This document shows positions 51,806 through 61,193 of a DNA stretch of 64,000 nucleotides, in pieces. The stretch is from contig OZ244160.1 in NCBI GenBank assembly GCA_965216325.1, positions 1,664,001 through 1,728,000 of the forward strand, given 5' to 3'. The stretch is from Coraliomargarita sp. (GTDB taxonomy: Bacteria; Verrucomicrobiota; Verrucomicrobiia; Opitutales; Coraliomargaritaceae). How positions within the stretch are numbered: position 1 is the first letter of the stretch; every line of letters starts with the position of its first letter. The notes under the pieces were generated by a model. It worked only from the letters and a program-made list of their open reading frames with translations, was not told where the DNA came from and made no database searches. The translations under genes and the position numbers were made by a program.

Positions 51806-52333
51806 ATGGGCCCACAAGCCAAAGCACTACTGAACGGCCTACTCGGCAGTGCTCTGAGCTATGGGGCATTGACCATCTTCCCCGAACTGGAAATCGAACT
51901 CTTTGCACGCACGGCAGCGGAAGCCGCATCGCTGTTTACAGGCGCCCCCGTGCTAGCGGATCCAGCGGGTTGGCTGCTGCCTCATGCTGGCGTTGAACTG
52001 CTGGTCTCCGAGGCCTGCAGCGGCACTGATTTCTTCGTAATGCTCGTCGCATTACTGTGCTGGCGCTTCACCGCGCGCACGCATACCGGAACTGCCATCG
52101 CACTCGGTCTTGCACTGGGGCTCGCCGGCTCTCTGGCCGTGAATAGCCTGCGCGTCATTCTGGTTGCCCAGACCTCACGCCTACAACTGGCCTTACTTCC
52201 CGAAGATTATCAAAGTTTCGCGCATCTTTTGCTCGGAATCACTGTCTTCCTCCCTGCACTTGTTCTCGTTAACCTCGTCTTTGATGCCTATGACCGAAGC
52301 GACACTGCCCGAAGCCCAACCGCCCCCAATTAA
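51806..52333 (+). CDS. Exosortase/archaeosortase family protein (exosortase K-like)
   Basis: Short polytopic protein with the Cys-Arg-His triad: EACSG, NSLRV, HLLLG. Confidence 0.8.
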   Translation: MGPQAKALLNGLLGSALSYGALTIFPELEIELFARTAAEAASLFTGAPVLADPAGWLLPHAGVELLVSEACSGTDFFVMLVALLCWRFTARTHTGTAIALGLALGLAGSLAVNSLRVILVAQTSRLQLALLPEDYQSFAHLLLGITVFLPALVLVNLVFDAYDRSDTARSPTAPN

Positions 52334-55229
52334 ACGCGAGCCAATACTGCCACCGCTCCTCACTGGGACGAGCGCCTATCTATGGCTCTGGGTCCTACCC
52401 GTCGCCATCTTGCTAGTGCTGAACCTACAAGCCTACTGGTTGATTGAGGGCAACATGGAAGACTCCCACCACAAGCACGCCTGGACCCTCGGCATAGCCA
52501 ATCTCGCGAATCTCGTCGCAGGTATGGTCCTTTACGTGACGATGCATGCACTTCCCGACGCACGCAGACAATCCAGCTATTGGGGCATCGCAGCTGTTGC
52601 CATACAAATCGGCTATTTGTGGATCGCCGCAGGGATGGGCCACGAAATTTTACCCAACACAGTAACCACCTGGATCTATACAGATGGCCGTTATTTTTTT
52701 AACCAATTCAGCTTTTGCATGCTACCGCTGTTCTGGGGTCTACTGCGGATCGCCTGTGCCAATACCGGAGGAATCACGCGAACACTTTGGTTTAACTGGT
52801 GCCTAGTCATCTTCGGACCACTCACGCTGTATATCGGATTCAAACTGCTCAGCTGGCTCGACTCCGGCACCTGGATCTTCGATTCCATCGCACCCTTCCT
52901 GTGGGGCACCATAATCATCGGCTTTGGACTATTGCTCTTCTTTGCCATCATGCGCGCAACGATGCTGACGCTGCGCAAACTGTCAGGCTTAGGAAAAACC
53001 GGAGAGTGCGTCGCGATTCTGTTGGTCGCGCTGGTGATGCCAGTCGGAGGCCTGCTACTCAACCGCACAATCCCCTTCCCCGTCGATTTCCAAGCATGGG
53101 AGATCTATGCACTCGTGCTGATCAACACAGGGATCCTGGCCTTTGCCACTTTCGCACACATCCAAAAACCGCAGCTTAGTTTCTGGCTGTTGTGTGCCAG
53201 CTTTCCATTCACCCTGTATTTCTTTGTCGTCTTCCTGCCCTACACCCCACTTTCCATCTTTGCGATTTTGGCCATGGGCGCGGGCTTTCTTGTGCTGACG
53301 CCCACCTTTTTATTCACCTTACATCTACACCTACTCCTCAAAGTTCGCGGGCAGGCCCAATCGAGCAACAACGCCAAGGGTCTTCTACTCGGAGGGCTGC
53401 TCAGCTTCCTACTGCTGCCGGCATTCTTCACCGCACGCGGGCTCGCTGACAAATCGGCCCTCAATCAAGCACTCGATTACACCTATACCCCGAACCTCTC
53501 GAGCGCCTCCATTGAATACCCGGGAAGCCGAAGCAACCTGCGCCGCGCACTCGCGAGCCACCGCAATTACAAAAACGGGATCTACTACCCGCTCCTCTCC
53601 GATTACTATAGCTGGCTGGTGTTCGACAATTTGGTGCTGCCGGATGACAAAATCGACACCCTCGAGAAGAATTTCTTCAATCGCGAAGGCAGCAGCGCCA
53701 ACTTAGACCCATTCCAACATGGCCTCGACTTCTTTGGCGCCCGCAGCGTGCGGGATCGTGACAGCATGCCACGGGTGCGACCGCCCTCGCGCGAAGTCGA
53801 AATTCGACATCAAGACCTCCGCCTAATACCTTCCAGTGAAGACTGCACCCAAGCCACACTGACACTCCAACTTGAAAACGTAAGCGAGGACACATGGGGC
53901 GGCGCCGAATACATCAACCAGCTGGCAGTGCCGCCCGGCATCCTCGTCAACGGCTTCCGCCTACATATCAATGGCACGCCCGTCCCGGGACGCATTTTCG
54001 AAAAAAAGACCGCACTCTGGGTCTACACGATGATTCGCGATAGCGAGCGACGCGACCCCGGCCTGCTCGTATACAACCATCCACGCGAGATCGAGCTGCG
54101 GGTCTTTCCGATCATGAAAGACCAACCCGCAACGGTTGAAATTGACTTCCTCATTCCGGCATCAGTCGAAGCATTGACCGCACCGAATCCGCTGCCCGAT
54201 CCATCCTCATTGCTACCACAGTTCACCTCATCAATCGCCCAAGTCGCACGCGGAGAGGACTTCACCTACATCGCGCCACTCCACAAGGACAGTCCAAGCA
54301 CTCAACGCCGAGGCAATTACCTACACCTGCTCATTGATCGCTCCGAGGCCCATGCATTTGAGGGCGACCTGCAAACCGCACTCCAACAAATCGCAGCACA
54401 ATTCCCTGCGGCTCACTCCGTGCAAGCCAGCTACGTCAATTATGGCGTCGTCCCGATCAATGACACACCCGTCAGCCTGGAGAATTTTACAAGTAGCGGG
54501 CCAATGCCCAAAGCCGGCGGGAACTGCCACCTCGACCTGGCACTCGCACATGCCATCCGCGCATTCACCCTAAGCCATCTAAACAATGCCGGCGACGAAT
54601 TACGCCCCGAACCCCTCTTTGTGCTACTGCGTGGCACGGACGCCGCGATCGACCCGGAACTCAAACTAACCCGCATCTGGCAAGCTAACTTGAGCGCGTT
54701 AGACGTCTACACCTCTCATAATGGCAACCCTGTGCAAGCCTTGCTCACATCCGAATCCTCCACAGTGCCACTCGTGCGCGTCGGCACACATCAGCGCTTC
54801 GCCCATGCGGGGCGTTCATTGATTTTCCCACGCTCGAATGCCGCGCCAGAGATCTTCGATGACACTTCACAAAGCTGGCGCCCCCTGGAACATCAGGAGC
54901 ATTCCATCGATAGTCCGTGGGCCAAGGCGATCACGCTGTGGGTCAACAACCACCGCTATGCAGCAAACCCGGGCGCCGCCGCACTCGGCCTCAAAGAATT
55001 GGTCAGCCTCAGCCGCACCAGCCGTGTGCTCATTCCCGCCACCAGCTACATCGTCGTCGAGAACGAAGCCCAGTGGAAAATGCTCGAACTGAAAGAAGGT
55101 CAAAAGCTGGATCAAAACGAAGCACTCGACTTCCTCGAGACCCCCACACCTCCCGCGATCTGGATTGGGCTCGGCTTTGGCGCGTGGCTATTCTGGAGGC
55201 AGCGACGCAAGGTTCGCATTTGCGCTTGA
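52290..55229 (+). CDS. MSEP-CTERM-like membrane protein with a VIT-like domain and C-terminal sorting signal
   Basis: About 10 N-terminal TM helices, YSWLVFDNLVLPDDKI, GRIFEKKTALWVY.MIRD..RRDPG, LRVFP, TSYIVVENEAQ; C-terminal motif + TM + RQRRK. Confidence 0.75.
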   Translation: MTEATLPEAQPPPIKREPILPPLLTGTSAYLWLWVLPVAILLVLNLQAYWLIEGNMEDSHHKHAWTLGIANLANLVAGMVLYVTMHALPDARRQSSYWGIAAVAIQIGYLWIAAGMGHEILPNTVTTWIYTDGRYFFNQFSFCMLPLFWGLLRIACANTGGITRTLWFNWCLVIFGPLTLYIGFKLLSWLDSGTWIFDSIAPFLWGTIIIGFGLLLFFAIMRATMLTLRKLSGLGKTGECVAILLVALVMPVGGLLLNRTIPFPVDFQAWEIYALVLINTGILAFATFAHIQKPQLSFWLLCASFPFTLYFFVVFLPYTPLSIFAILAMGAGFLVLTPTFLFTLHLHLLLKVRGQAQSSNNAKGLLLGGLLSFLLLPAFFTARGLADKSALNQALDYTYTPNLSSASIEYPGSRSNLRRALASHRNYKNGIYYPLLSDYYSWLVFDNLVLPDDKIDTLEKNFFNREGSSANLDPFQHGLDFFGARSVRDRDSMPRVRPPSREVEIRHQDLRLIPSSEDCTQATLTLQLENVSEDTWGGAEYINQLAVPPGILVNGFRLHINGTPVPGRIFEKKTALWVYTMIRDSERRDPGLLVYNHPREIELRVFPIMKDQPATVEIDFLIPASVEALTAPNPLPDPSSLLPQFTSSIAQVARGEDFTYIAPLHKDSPSTQRRGNYLHLLIDRSEAHAFEGDLQTALQQIAAQFPAAHSVQASYVNYGVVPINDTPVSLENFTSSGPMPKAGGNCHLDLALAHAIRAFTLSHLNNAGDELRPEPLFVLLRGTDAAIDPELKLTRIWQANLSALDVYTSHNGNPVQALLTSESSTVPLVRVGTHQRFAHAGRSLIFPRSNAAPEIFDDTSQSWRPLEHQEHSIDSPWAKAITLWVNNHRYAANPGAAALGLKELVSLSRTSRVLIPATSYIVVENEAQWKMLELKEGQKLDQNEALDFLETPTPPAIWIGLGFGAWLFWRQRRKVRICA

Positions 55230-55260
55230 GCACACGGGCTTGTGATGCGAAAGCTAGACC

Positions 55261-56091
55261 ATGCAAGAGGACCTGCAGCAAATCAGTGCATGGAAAGACG
55301 AACTGATCATCTTAATCACTAAGAACGGGGCCAACTGGGCCATCGCCGTCGGCATCGTGGCCCTCGGGGTCTGGCTGGGCAAAAGCATCGCCAACCTGAT
55401 CCTCAGGATTTGCGAGAAGCGCTCGATCGACATTACCCTGGCGCGTTTCTTCGCAGGCTTTGCGAAAATCGTCATCATTATATTCGCCGCGGTGATGGCT
55501 CTTGGCAAAGCCGGCATTGAAATCACGCCACTGGTTGCCCTTCTCGGTGCCAGCGCCTTCGGCTTGAGCTTAGCAGTGCAAGGCCCCATCTCAAACTACG
55601 GTGCCGGTGTGGTGCTGATCATCACTCGCCCCTTCAAAGTCGGCGACACGCTCACACTCAACGGGCTTTGCGGTCTGGTCGATTGCGTGAACTTGGGCAA
55701 CACCCAGCTCATTAACGAGGACGAGGAACGTATCACCATCCCGAACCGCAAGGTGCTCGGAGAGATCTTTACCAACTCCGAAGTCTACAAGGTCGTCGAA
55801 GCTGAGGTCGGCATCGCCTATTCCAGCGATCCCGAACAGGCCATCCGCGTGATCACGGAAGCAGTCTCTGCTGTGGACGGCATCTCGGACACGCGCAAGC
55901 CGGACGTGGGCATCGAAACCTTTGGCGATTCCTCGATCAATATCGGCTACCGAGTCTGGGTGCCGACTGCGAAGTATCACCGCATGCGCTATGCGCTCAA
56001 CCTTGCGGTCTACAAAGCGCTGCAACAGGCCGAGATCGAAATCCCATTCCCACAGCGCGACGTGCATTTAATCGACCCGCGCAAGGGCTAG
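55261..56091 (+). CDS. mscS: Small-conductance mechanosensitive channel
   Basis: GLSLAVQGPISNYGAG, RPFKVGD, IPN, FGDSSIN, IPFPQRDVH. Confidence 0.9.
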   Translation: MQEDLQQISAWKDELIILITKNGANWAIAVGIVALGVWLGKSIANLILRICEKRSIDITLARFFAGFAKIVIIIFAAVMALGKAGIEITPLVALLGASAFGLSLAVQGPISNYGAGVVLIITRPFKVGDTLTLNGLCGLVDCVNLGNTQLINEDEERITIPNRKVLGEIFTNSEVYKVVEAEVGIAYSSDPEQAIRVITEAVSAVDGISDTRKPDVGIETFGDSSINIGYRVWVPTAKYHRMRYALNLAVYKALQQAEIEIPFPQRDVHLIDPRKG

Positions 56092-56108
56092 TGCACAGCT
56101 TTTAGCGG

Positions 56109-56406
56109 GTAGCGCAGGCGCGTCTCGCGCCGCATGAACGACGCAAAGGTCTGGTAACAACTACGTGAATGCGCCCCGAGGACGGTGCGAATGACACTAG
56201 CTTAAGAGCATTTCAGTTTGGGATAGATTGGTAGGGCAGTCTCGCCGAGACTGCCGCCTGTCTGGCGTAGCCTTAGCGAAGACGGGTTCGTAAGATGCCG
56301 TGAACTGCAATCGATTCAGGATGACAGGTTGAGGCTATAAGCAATCCACGTAGCATGGGTATTCTGTATAATTTGCCGAACGGTCGTCTCGGCGAGACGA
56401 CCCTAC
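56109..56406. repeat. Composite REP-rich intergenic region
   Basis: GTAGCGCA-REP at 56109, plus an inverted pair GTAGGGCAGTCTCGCCGAGACTGCCG (56231) and CGGTCGTCTCGGCGAGACGACCCTAC (56381-56406). Confidence 0.7.
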
Positions 56407-56575
56407 CATAATGAAGCCTTAGAGAACCCAAATTTATCTTAAAGTAGTGCCATTCGGGACAGTGCCACACTACCTCCCCCCCCCAAAAAAACCGGCCTCC
56501 CAGGAGCAGAGCCAAGATTGGCTCGATGCACCCGAAAGGCCGGCAGGGGGGATACAATACTTTGGGATGTGCTTC

Positions 56576-57025
56576 TTAGTTCAGCAGCTCTTTGATGTGC
56601 TCAACGTAAGCCTCGGCGCCACCCTCTTGGTAGCCTGTGCGGCCGAGGACTTCTCCGTCACCGGAGAGCAACAGAATGGTCGGGAAGCCGCGCACCTTAT
56701 ATCTGGCAGCCAGCGCTTCGTTCTGAGCTTCCAGCGCAGGGCTTTGCTCTTTGCCGCGCGGGAAATCGATCTCAAGCAACACCAACGAGTCCTTGGCGTA
56801 GTCCTTGAAGGCCTGCTTACTGAAGACCTCCTTATCCAGTCGAATGCACCAGCCACACCAGTCGGAGCCGGTAAAATCAACCAAAACTGGCTTGTTCTCA
56901 GCCTTAGCGGTCGCGAGCGCAGCCTTGAAGTCAGTTTGCCAGTCGTCTCCAGCTGCTTGCACCTGAAGGGCCAACGCAGTGAACGCGACGAGAGGAATGA
57001 GTGAACGGAGTAGTTTTTTCATCAT
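56576..57025 (-). CDS. Exported thioredoxin-family protein
   Basis: Signal peptide, FTGSDWCGWC, VRGFPT. Confidence 0.9.
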   Translation of the reverse strand: MMKKLLRSLIPLVAFTALALQVQAAGDDWQTDFKAALATAKAENKPVLVDFTGSDWCGWCIRLDKEVFSKQAFKDYAKDSLVLLEIDFPRGKEQSPALEAQNEALAARYKVRGFPTILLLSGDGEVLGRTGYQEGGAEAYVEHIKELLN

Positions 57026-57169
57026 AAATTGTGTGGATTTGAACTGTAGGATCTCTAAATCGCTAAGATATTCCCAAATTGACCGATAATTTAGAAATAC
57101 AGTGTGCGCGAACTATTCTCTGGAACTGTGAGCATAATCGACGTTCTATACGCACAATTACACAGCACC

Positions 57170-57841
57170 ATGGACTACCTACTACTTGTCATCGTTCCAA
57201 TTATAATCGGATTTTGGGCTCAGCATAAGGTCAAGAGCACCTACGAGAAGTATGTTCGCGTGCCCTCACGCGGGCGCATTACTGGCCGCGAAGCAGCACA
57301 GGCAGTGATGCAGAGCGCCGGGATCTACGACGTCGAGATCGTGCCCTGTCACGGCACCCTCACCGATCACTACGATCCGAACAACAAGCGTCTGGCGCTC
57401 AGCGAGCACAACTATCAAGGCACCAGCCTGGCGGCTCTCGGCGTTGCCGCGCACGAAGCAGGCCACGCAATCCAGCACAAGCAGGCCTACAAGCCCCTGA
57501 ATCTGCGCATGCAGCTCGTGCCTGTCACCAATTTCGCCTCACAACTCTTACCGATCTACTTCATCGGCAGTATTTTTCTGTTCGGGCCAAAGGCTCCCCT
57601 CTTCCTCACAATCGGCATCGGGATTTTCCTCGTCTTAACACTGTTTCAACTGGTCACCCTGCCCGTCGAATTCGACGCCAGCAAGCGCGCCAAACAGCAG
57701 CTCGTCTCACTCGGCATCGTCGATCAGGACGAAATGTCCGGTGTCACCAAGACGCTCGACGCAGCCGCTTACACCTATGTGGCCGCCTTCATCTCCAGTC
57801 TCGGCTGGCTACTATATCTCTTCATGGGCCGCCGCGACTAA
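57170..57841 (+). CDS. Neutral zinc metallopeptidase (YugP-like)
   Basis: LTDHYDP, AAHEAGHAIQH, TLPVEFDAS.RA, AAAYTYVA. Confidence 0.9.
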   Translation: MDYLLLVIVPIIIGFWAQHKVKSTYEKYVRVPSRGRITGREAAQAVMQSAGIYDVEIVPCHGTLTDHYDPNNKRLALSEHNYQGTSLAALGVAAHEAGHAIQHKQAYKPLNLRMQLVPVTNFASQLLPIYFIGSIFLFGPKAPLFLTIGIGIFLVLTLFQLVTLPVEFDASKRAKQQLVSLGIVDQDEMSGVTKTLDAAAYTYVAAFISSLGWLLYLFMGRRD

Positions 57842-57869
57842 GCGCATCTGCTGTAAGTGTAATTTCCCG

Positions 57870-57900
57870 AAGGCTCCGACGATCTGTCGGAGCCTTTTTT
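57870..57900 (+). terminator. Intrinsic terminator
   Basis: AAGGCTCCGAC-GATCT-GTCGGAGCCTTTTTT. Confidence 0.8.
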
Positions 57901-57950
57901 GCACTCAAAAATACAAGTCTTTGATTCACAAATTCTTAAAAGTTTTCAAT

Positions 57951-57979
57951 TTGCACAGATCGATCTTTTTTGGCATATT
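57951..57979 (+). promoter_or_regulatory. Putative sigma70 promoter for the S8 peptidase gene
   Basis: TTGCAC-17 bp-CATATT with TG just upstream of the -10 element and an AT-rich upstream tract. Confidence 0.4.
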
Positions 57980-57998
57980 AGAATGCTTACCCCCCCCT

Positions 57999-60599
57999 AT
58001 GAGCAGAATCCAAAAATTAGCCATCCTAAGCCTAACTGCGTTGTGCACTAGCGGCCTGAACGCTGGCTACCTAGACGATATCGGGCTCACTGACCTGCGC
58101 GCACGCGAGCCCAGCCTAGACGGAACAGGTGTTAGCGTTGGCCAAGTGGAGGCACAATTGAGCGGAAAATGGCACACCGACCCATCCAATGTCGGGCTGA
58201 GTAGCTCAACGTTCAAATATTACGATAGCACATATACATATTCCACGGGCACGAGCTATGACAGCGCCCTTGAGTCCTCTCATGCGAACACCGTAGGTGG
58301 TCGTTTCTTTGCGGATCCAAGCGGGACAGACAATAAAGATGGAGTCGCATCCGGAGTTAGCGCGATTGGAGTGTTTGAAGCAAATTACTTCTACAACAAC
58401 TTGGTTGCTTCCGGCACGAACGTAAACCTAGAGGTAATCAACCAGAGCTTCGTCTTTGACCAAATCTACTCGCAGGCCGATCAAGCTTACGATAACTATG
58501 CTGACAATTATAACGTCCTGTTTGTGAACGGCATCAACACAAACAATAATCCAGCCACCATCCCCACACCAGCAAGCAGCTACAACGGCATCGCAGTGGG
58601 TGCAGTCAATGACCCAGTTGCCTCGTTGAGCGATGGACGCAGCAAGCCGGACATCGTAGCACCAGGATCGACGGCAGCGAGCTATACGACGCCTCTCGTA
58701 TCAGGTGCTGCGGCACTACTGATACAATCAGGCAACACCAACGATGCCACCGACATTCGAACCATCAAGGCACTGCTACTGAACTCAGCCACCAAACCGA
58801 AAGGCTGGTCCAACGCAACAACCCGCCCTCTGGACACCACCAATGGAGCCGGCATCCTTGAAGTCAATCAGGCGGAACTCCAGCTCGCAGCAGGACAGTA
58901 TGCGCCGACTCAAGACGAGGTCTTAACGGAAGCAGATACCGCACACCTGCCGCCCAACGGAGAAACAGGAAATGTGGCTTCATATAGCGGATGGAACTTA
59001 GGCAGCGTGACTAATACAGCTGATAGCTCAGGCCCCCCCGGGGGCAGAAAGCAATACGACGTCACCGACCACTACTTCTTCGACCTTAGCAGCTCGGATG
59101 CCGCGGCCTTCTACCTGACCTCGACTTTGGTATGGAATCGTCAGAGCGGACGAAGCAACATCAACAATCTGGACTTATTTCTCTACGCCGAAGACGGAAC
59201 TCTCGTGGCCAGCAGTGTCAGTTCGGTTGACAACGTTGAGCACATTTATCAACGCCACATCGCTCCCGGGCGCTACATCCTTCAAGTCCACAAGCCCTAC
59301 AACAGCGGCAATGAAACGAACGGCGAAACTTACGCACTCGCATTTAACTTCCGCGCGGCCCCGACTCCCGGCACTCCGGGCAGTCTAAGTGCGACTGTTC
59401 AGTCAAGCAGTGAGATCGACTTAAGTTGGACCGATACGAGTGATGATGAAACCAATTATCGAGTTGAGCGACGTCCAAGCGGCGGAACCTACAGCACCAT
59501 CGACACACTGGACGCCGACACGACCACTTACTCTGACAATGGTTTAGATTCGGGAACAACCTACGAGTATCGAGTAACCGCCTTCAACGCTGAAGCCGAA
59601 AGCTCAACAACCGCATCGGCAACTACGCTCGCAGCACTTCCCGACGCACCAAGCAATGCCAGCGCTAACGCCGTCTCGACAACGGCAGTCAATCTGAGCT
59701 GGTCCGATAACAGCAACAACGAAGACGGTTTCCGCATCGAGCGTCGCCCCTCCGGTGGCAGCTACGCCGAGATCGCGACCGTCACAGCCAACACCACCAG
59801 CTATAGCGATACCAGCCTGTCGGATGGCATCCTTTTCGAATACCGCGTTAGTGCCTATAATGGCTCGGGTTCCTCAACCGGGACCACCACCAGCGCGACC
59901 ACCCCGATTGCTCCAGCCTCCAATGCAGGCGCAACAGTGATCTCCGATACAGAGGTCCAAATCAGCTGGACAGACAACAGCACAAGCGAAACCGGCTACC
60001 GTATCGAACGCCGCCTTAGCGGTGGCAGCTACAGCACACTCACGACACTCGCCGCCGATACCGAAGTCTACACCGACAGCACTTGCACTGCAGGAACCAG
60101 CTACGATTACCAAATCATCGCGACCAACGACAACGGGGATGCCTCGGCAGCCCAAGTAAGTGCGACCACCTACACCGTTGAAGAAGACTGGCTACTGATC
60201 AACTTCGGCACAACGACAGCCACAGGCGATGCGGCCGACGATGCCGACCCGGAATTCGACGGACTCGCCAACCAGCTTGAGTTTGCCACGGGCAGCGACC
60301 CGAATGCGTTCAGCCCAAATCCAGTGAACCACAGTCAGCTCGGCAGCACTGGCAAGTTCAGTTTCACATGGCGCACGAATAGCGCTCTGGACTTTTCTAT
60401 CGGCTACAGCAACGACCTGACCACCGGCTTCACTTACTACAGCTCCAGCGCCATTGATGGCGGCTCAAGCCCCACGCTCGAACTCATACAATCCACCCCG
60501 ATTGATAGCGAATTCGAGACACTCACCTACGGCATCAAGAGCAGTGTGACCTCAGACCGAGTCTTCATCCGACTCCAAATAAATGAGCCACCGGAATAA
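57999..60599 (+). CDS. Secreted S8 (subtilisin-like) peptidase with three fibronectin type III domains
   Basis: Signal peptide; LDGTGVSVGQVE, SSHANTVG, GRSKPDIVAPG, ASYTTPLVSGAAALL; three repeats of W.D.S..E..(Y/F)R(V/I)ERR.SGG.Y; C-terminal DADPEFDG domain. Confidence 0.8.
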   Translation: MSRIQKLAILSLTALCTSGLNAGYLDDIGLTDLRAREPSLDGTGVSVGQVEAQLSGKWHTDPSNVGLSSSTFKYYDSTYTYSTGTSYDSALESSHANTVGGRFFADPSGTDNKDGVASGVSAIGVFEANYFYNNLVASGTNVNLEVINQSFVFDQIYSQADQAYDNYADNYNVLFVNGINTNNNPATIPTPASSYNGIAVGAVNDPVASLSDGRSKPDIVAPGSTAASYTTPLVSGAAALLIQSGNTNDATDIRTIKALLLNSATKPKGWSNATTRPLDTTNGAGILEVNQAELQLAAGQYAPTQDEVLTEADTAHLPPNGETGNVASYSGWNLGSVTNTADSSGPPGGRKQYDVTDHYFFDLSSSDAAAFYLTSTLVWNRQSGRSNINNLDLFLYAEDGTLVASSVSSVDNVEHIYQRHIAPGRYILQVHKPYNSGNETNGETYALAFNFRAAPTPGTPGSLSATVQSSSEIDLSWTDTSDDETNYRVERRPSGGTYSTIDTLDADTTTYSDNGLDSGTTYEYRVTAFNAEAESSTTASATTLAALPDAPSNASANAVSTTAVNLSWSDNSNNEDGFRIERRPSGGSYAEIATVTANTTSYSDTSLSDGILFEYRVSAYNGSGSSTGTTTSATTPIAPASNAGATVISDTEVQISWTDNSTSETGYRIERRLSGGSYSTLTTLAADTEVYTDSTCTAGTSYDYQIIATNDNGDASAAQVSATTYTVEEDWLLINFGTTTATGDAADDADPEFDGLANQLEFATGSDPNAFSPNPVNHSQLGSTGKFSFTWRTNSALDFSIGYSNDLTTGFTYYSSSAIDGGSSPTLELIQSTPIDSEFETLTYGIKSSVTSDRVFIRLQINEPPE

Positions 60600-60648
60600 G
60601 GCTTGACGCTCGACCTACGTAAGGCGTTAACTTCGCATCTTTCTGAGT

Positions 60649-60706
<58 letters not shown>

Positions 60707-60725
<19 letters not shown>

Positions 60726-61082
60726 TGAAAAAACCTCCGCGCAAGCAGAGGTTTTTTTGTGGGCGTATGGCAGACAGAGGTTTGAACCTGCGGAGCAGGT
60801 TTAACGAAGCGAAGCGGAGATGGGGCGCACCACGTGCGAGTCCGAAGGACCAGACCGCAGGTCTGCCAATCCTGTCAGCCCGACCATGAAAAATACCTTT
60901 GCGCAAGCAGAGGTTTTTTTGTGGGCGTATGGCAGACAGAGGTTTGAACCTGCGGAGCAGGTTTAACGAAGCGAAGCGGAGATGAGGCGCACCACGTGCG
61001 AGTCCGAAGGACCAGACCGCAGGTCTGCCAATCCTGTCAGCCCGACCATGAAAAACCGCCTCGATTCATCGGGGCTTTTTTG
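60707..61082 (+). repeat. tRNA-linked tandem repeat: two full ~161-162-bp units plus a partial third
   Basis: AATCCTGTCAGCCCGACCA (last 19 nt of the tRNA) occurs at 60707, 60868 and 61030; the intervening sequences are nearly identical. Confidence 0.95.
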
Positions 61083-61193
61083 TGGGTTCAAGCCATGCAT
61101 TCAAATGGTCCGGTTCCCTTCACAGCTTCGGGACCCGGTCATTTTTTAAAAGGCATCCTTCCCAGGCGGATGCCTTTTTGCTATCTCACGAGC

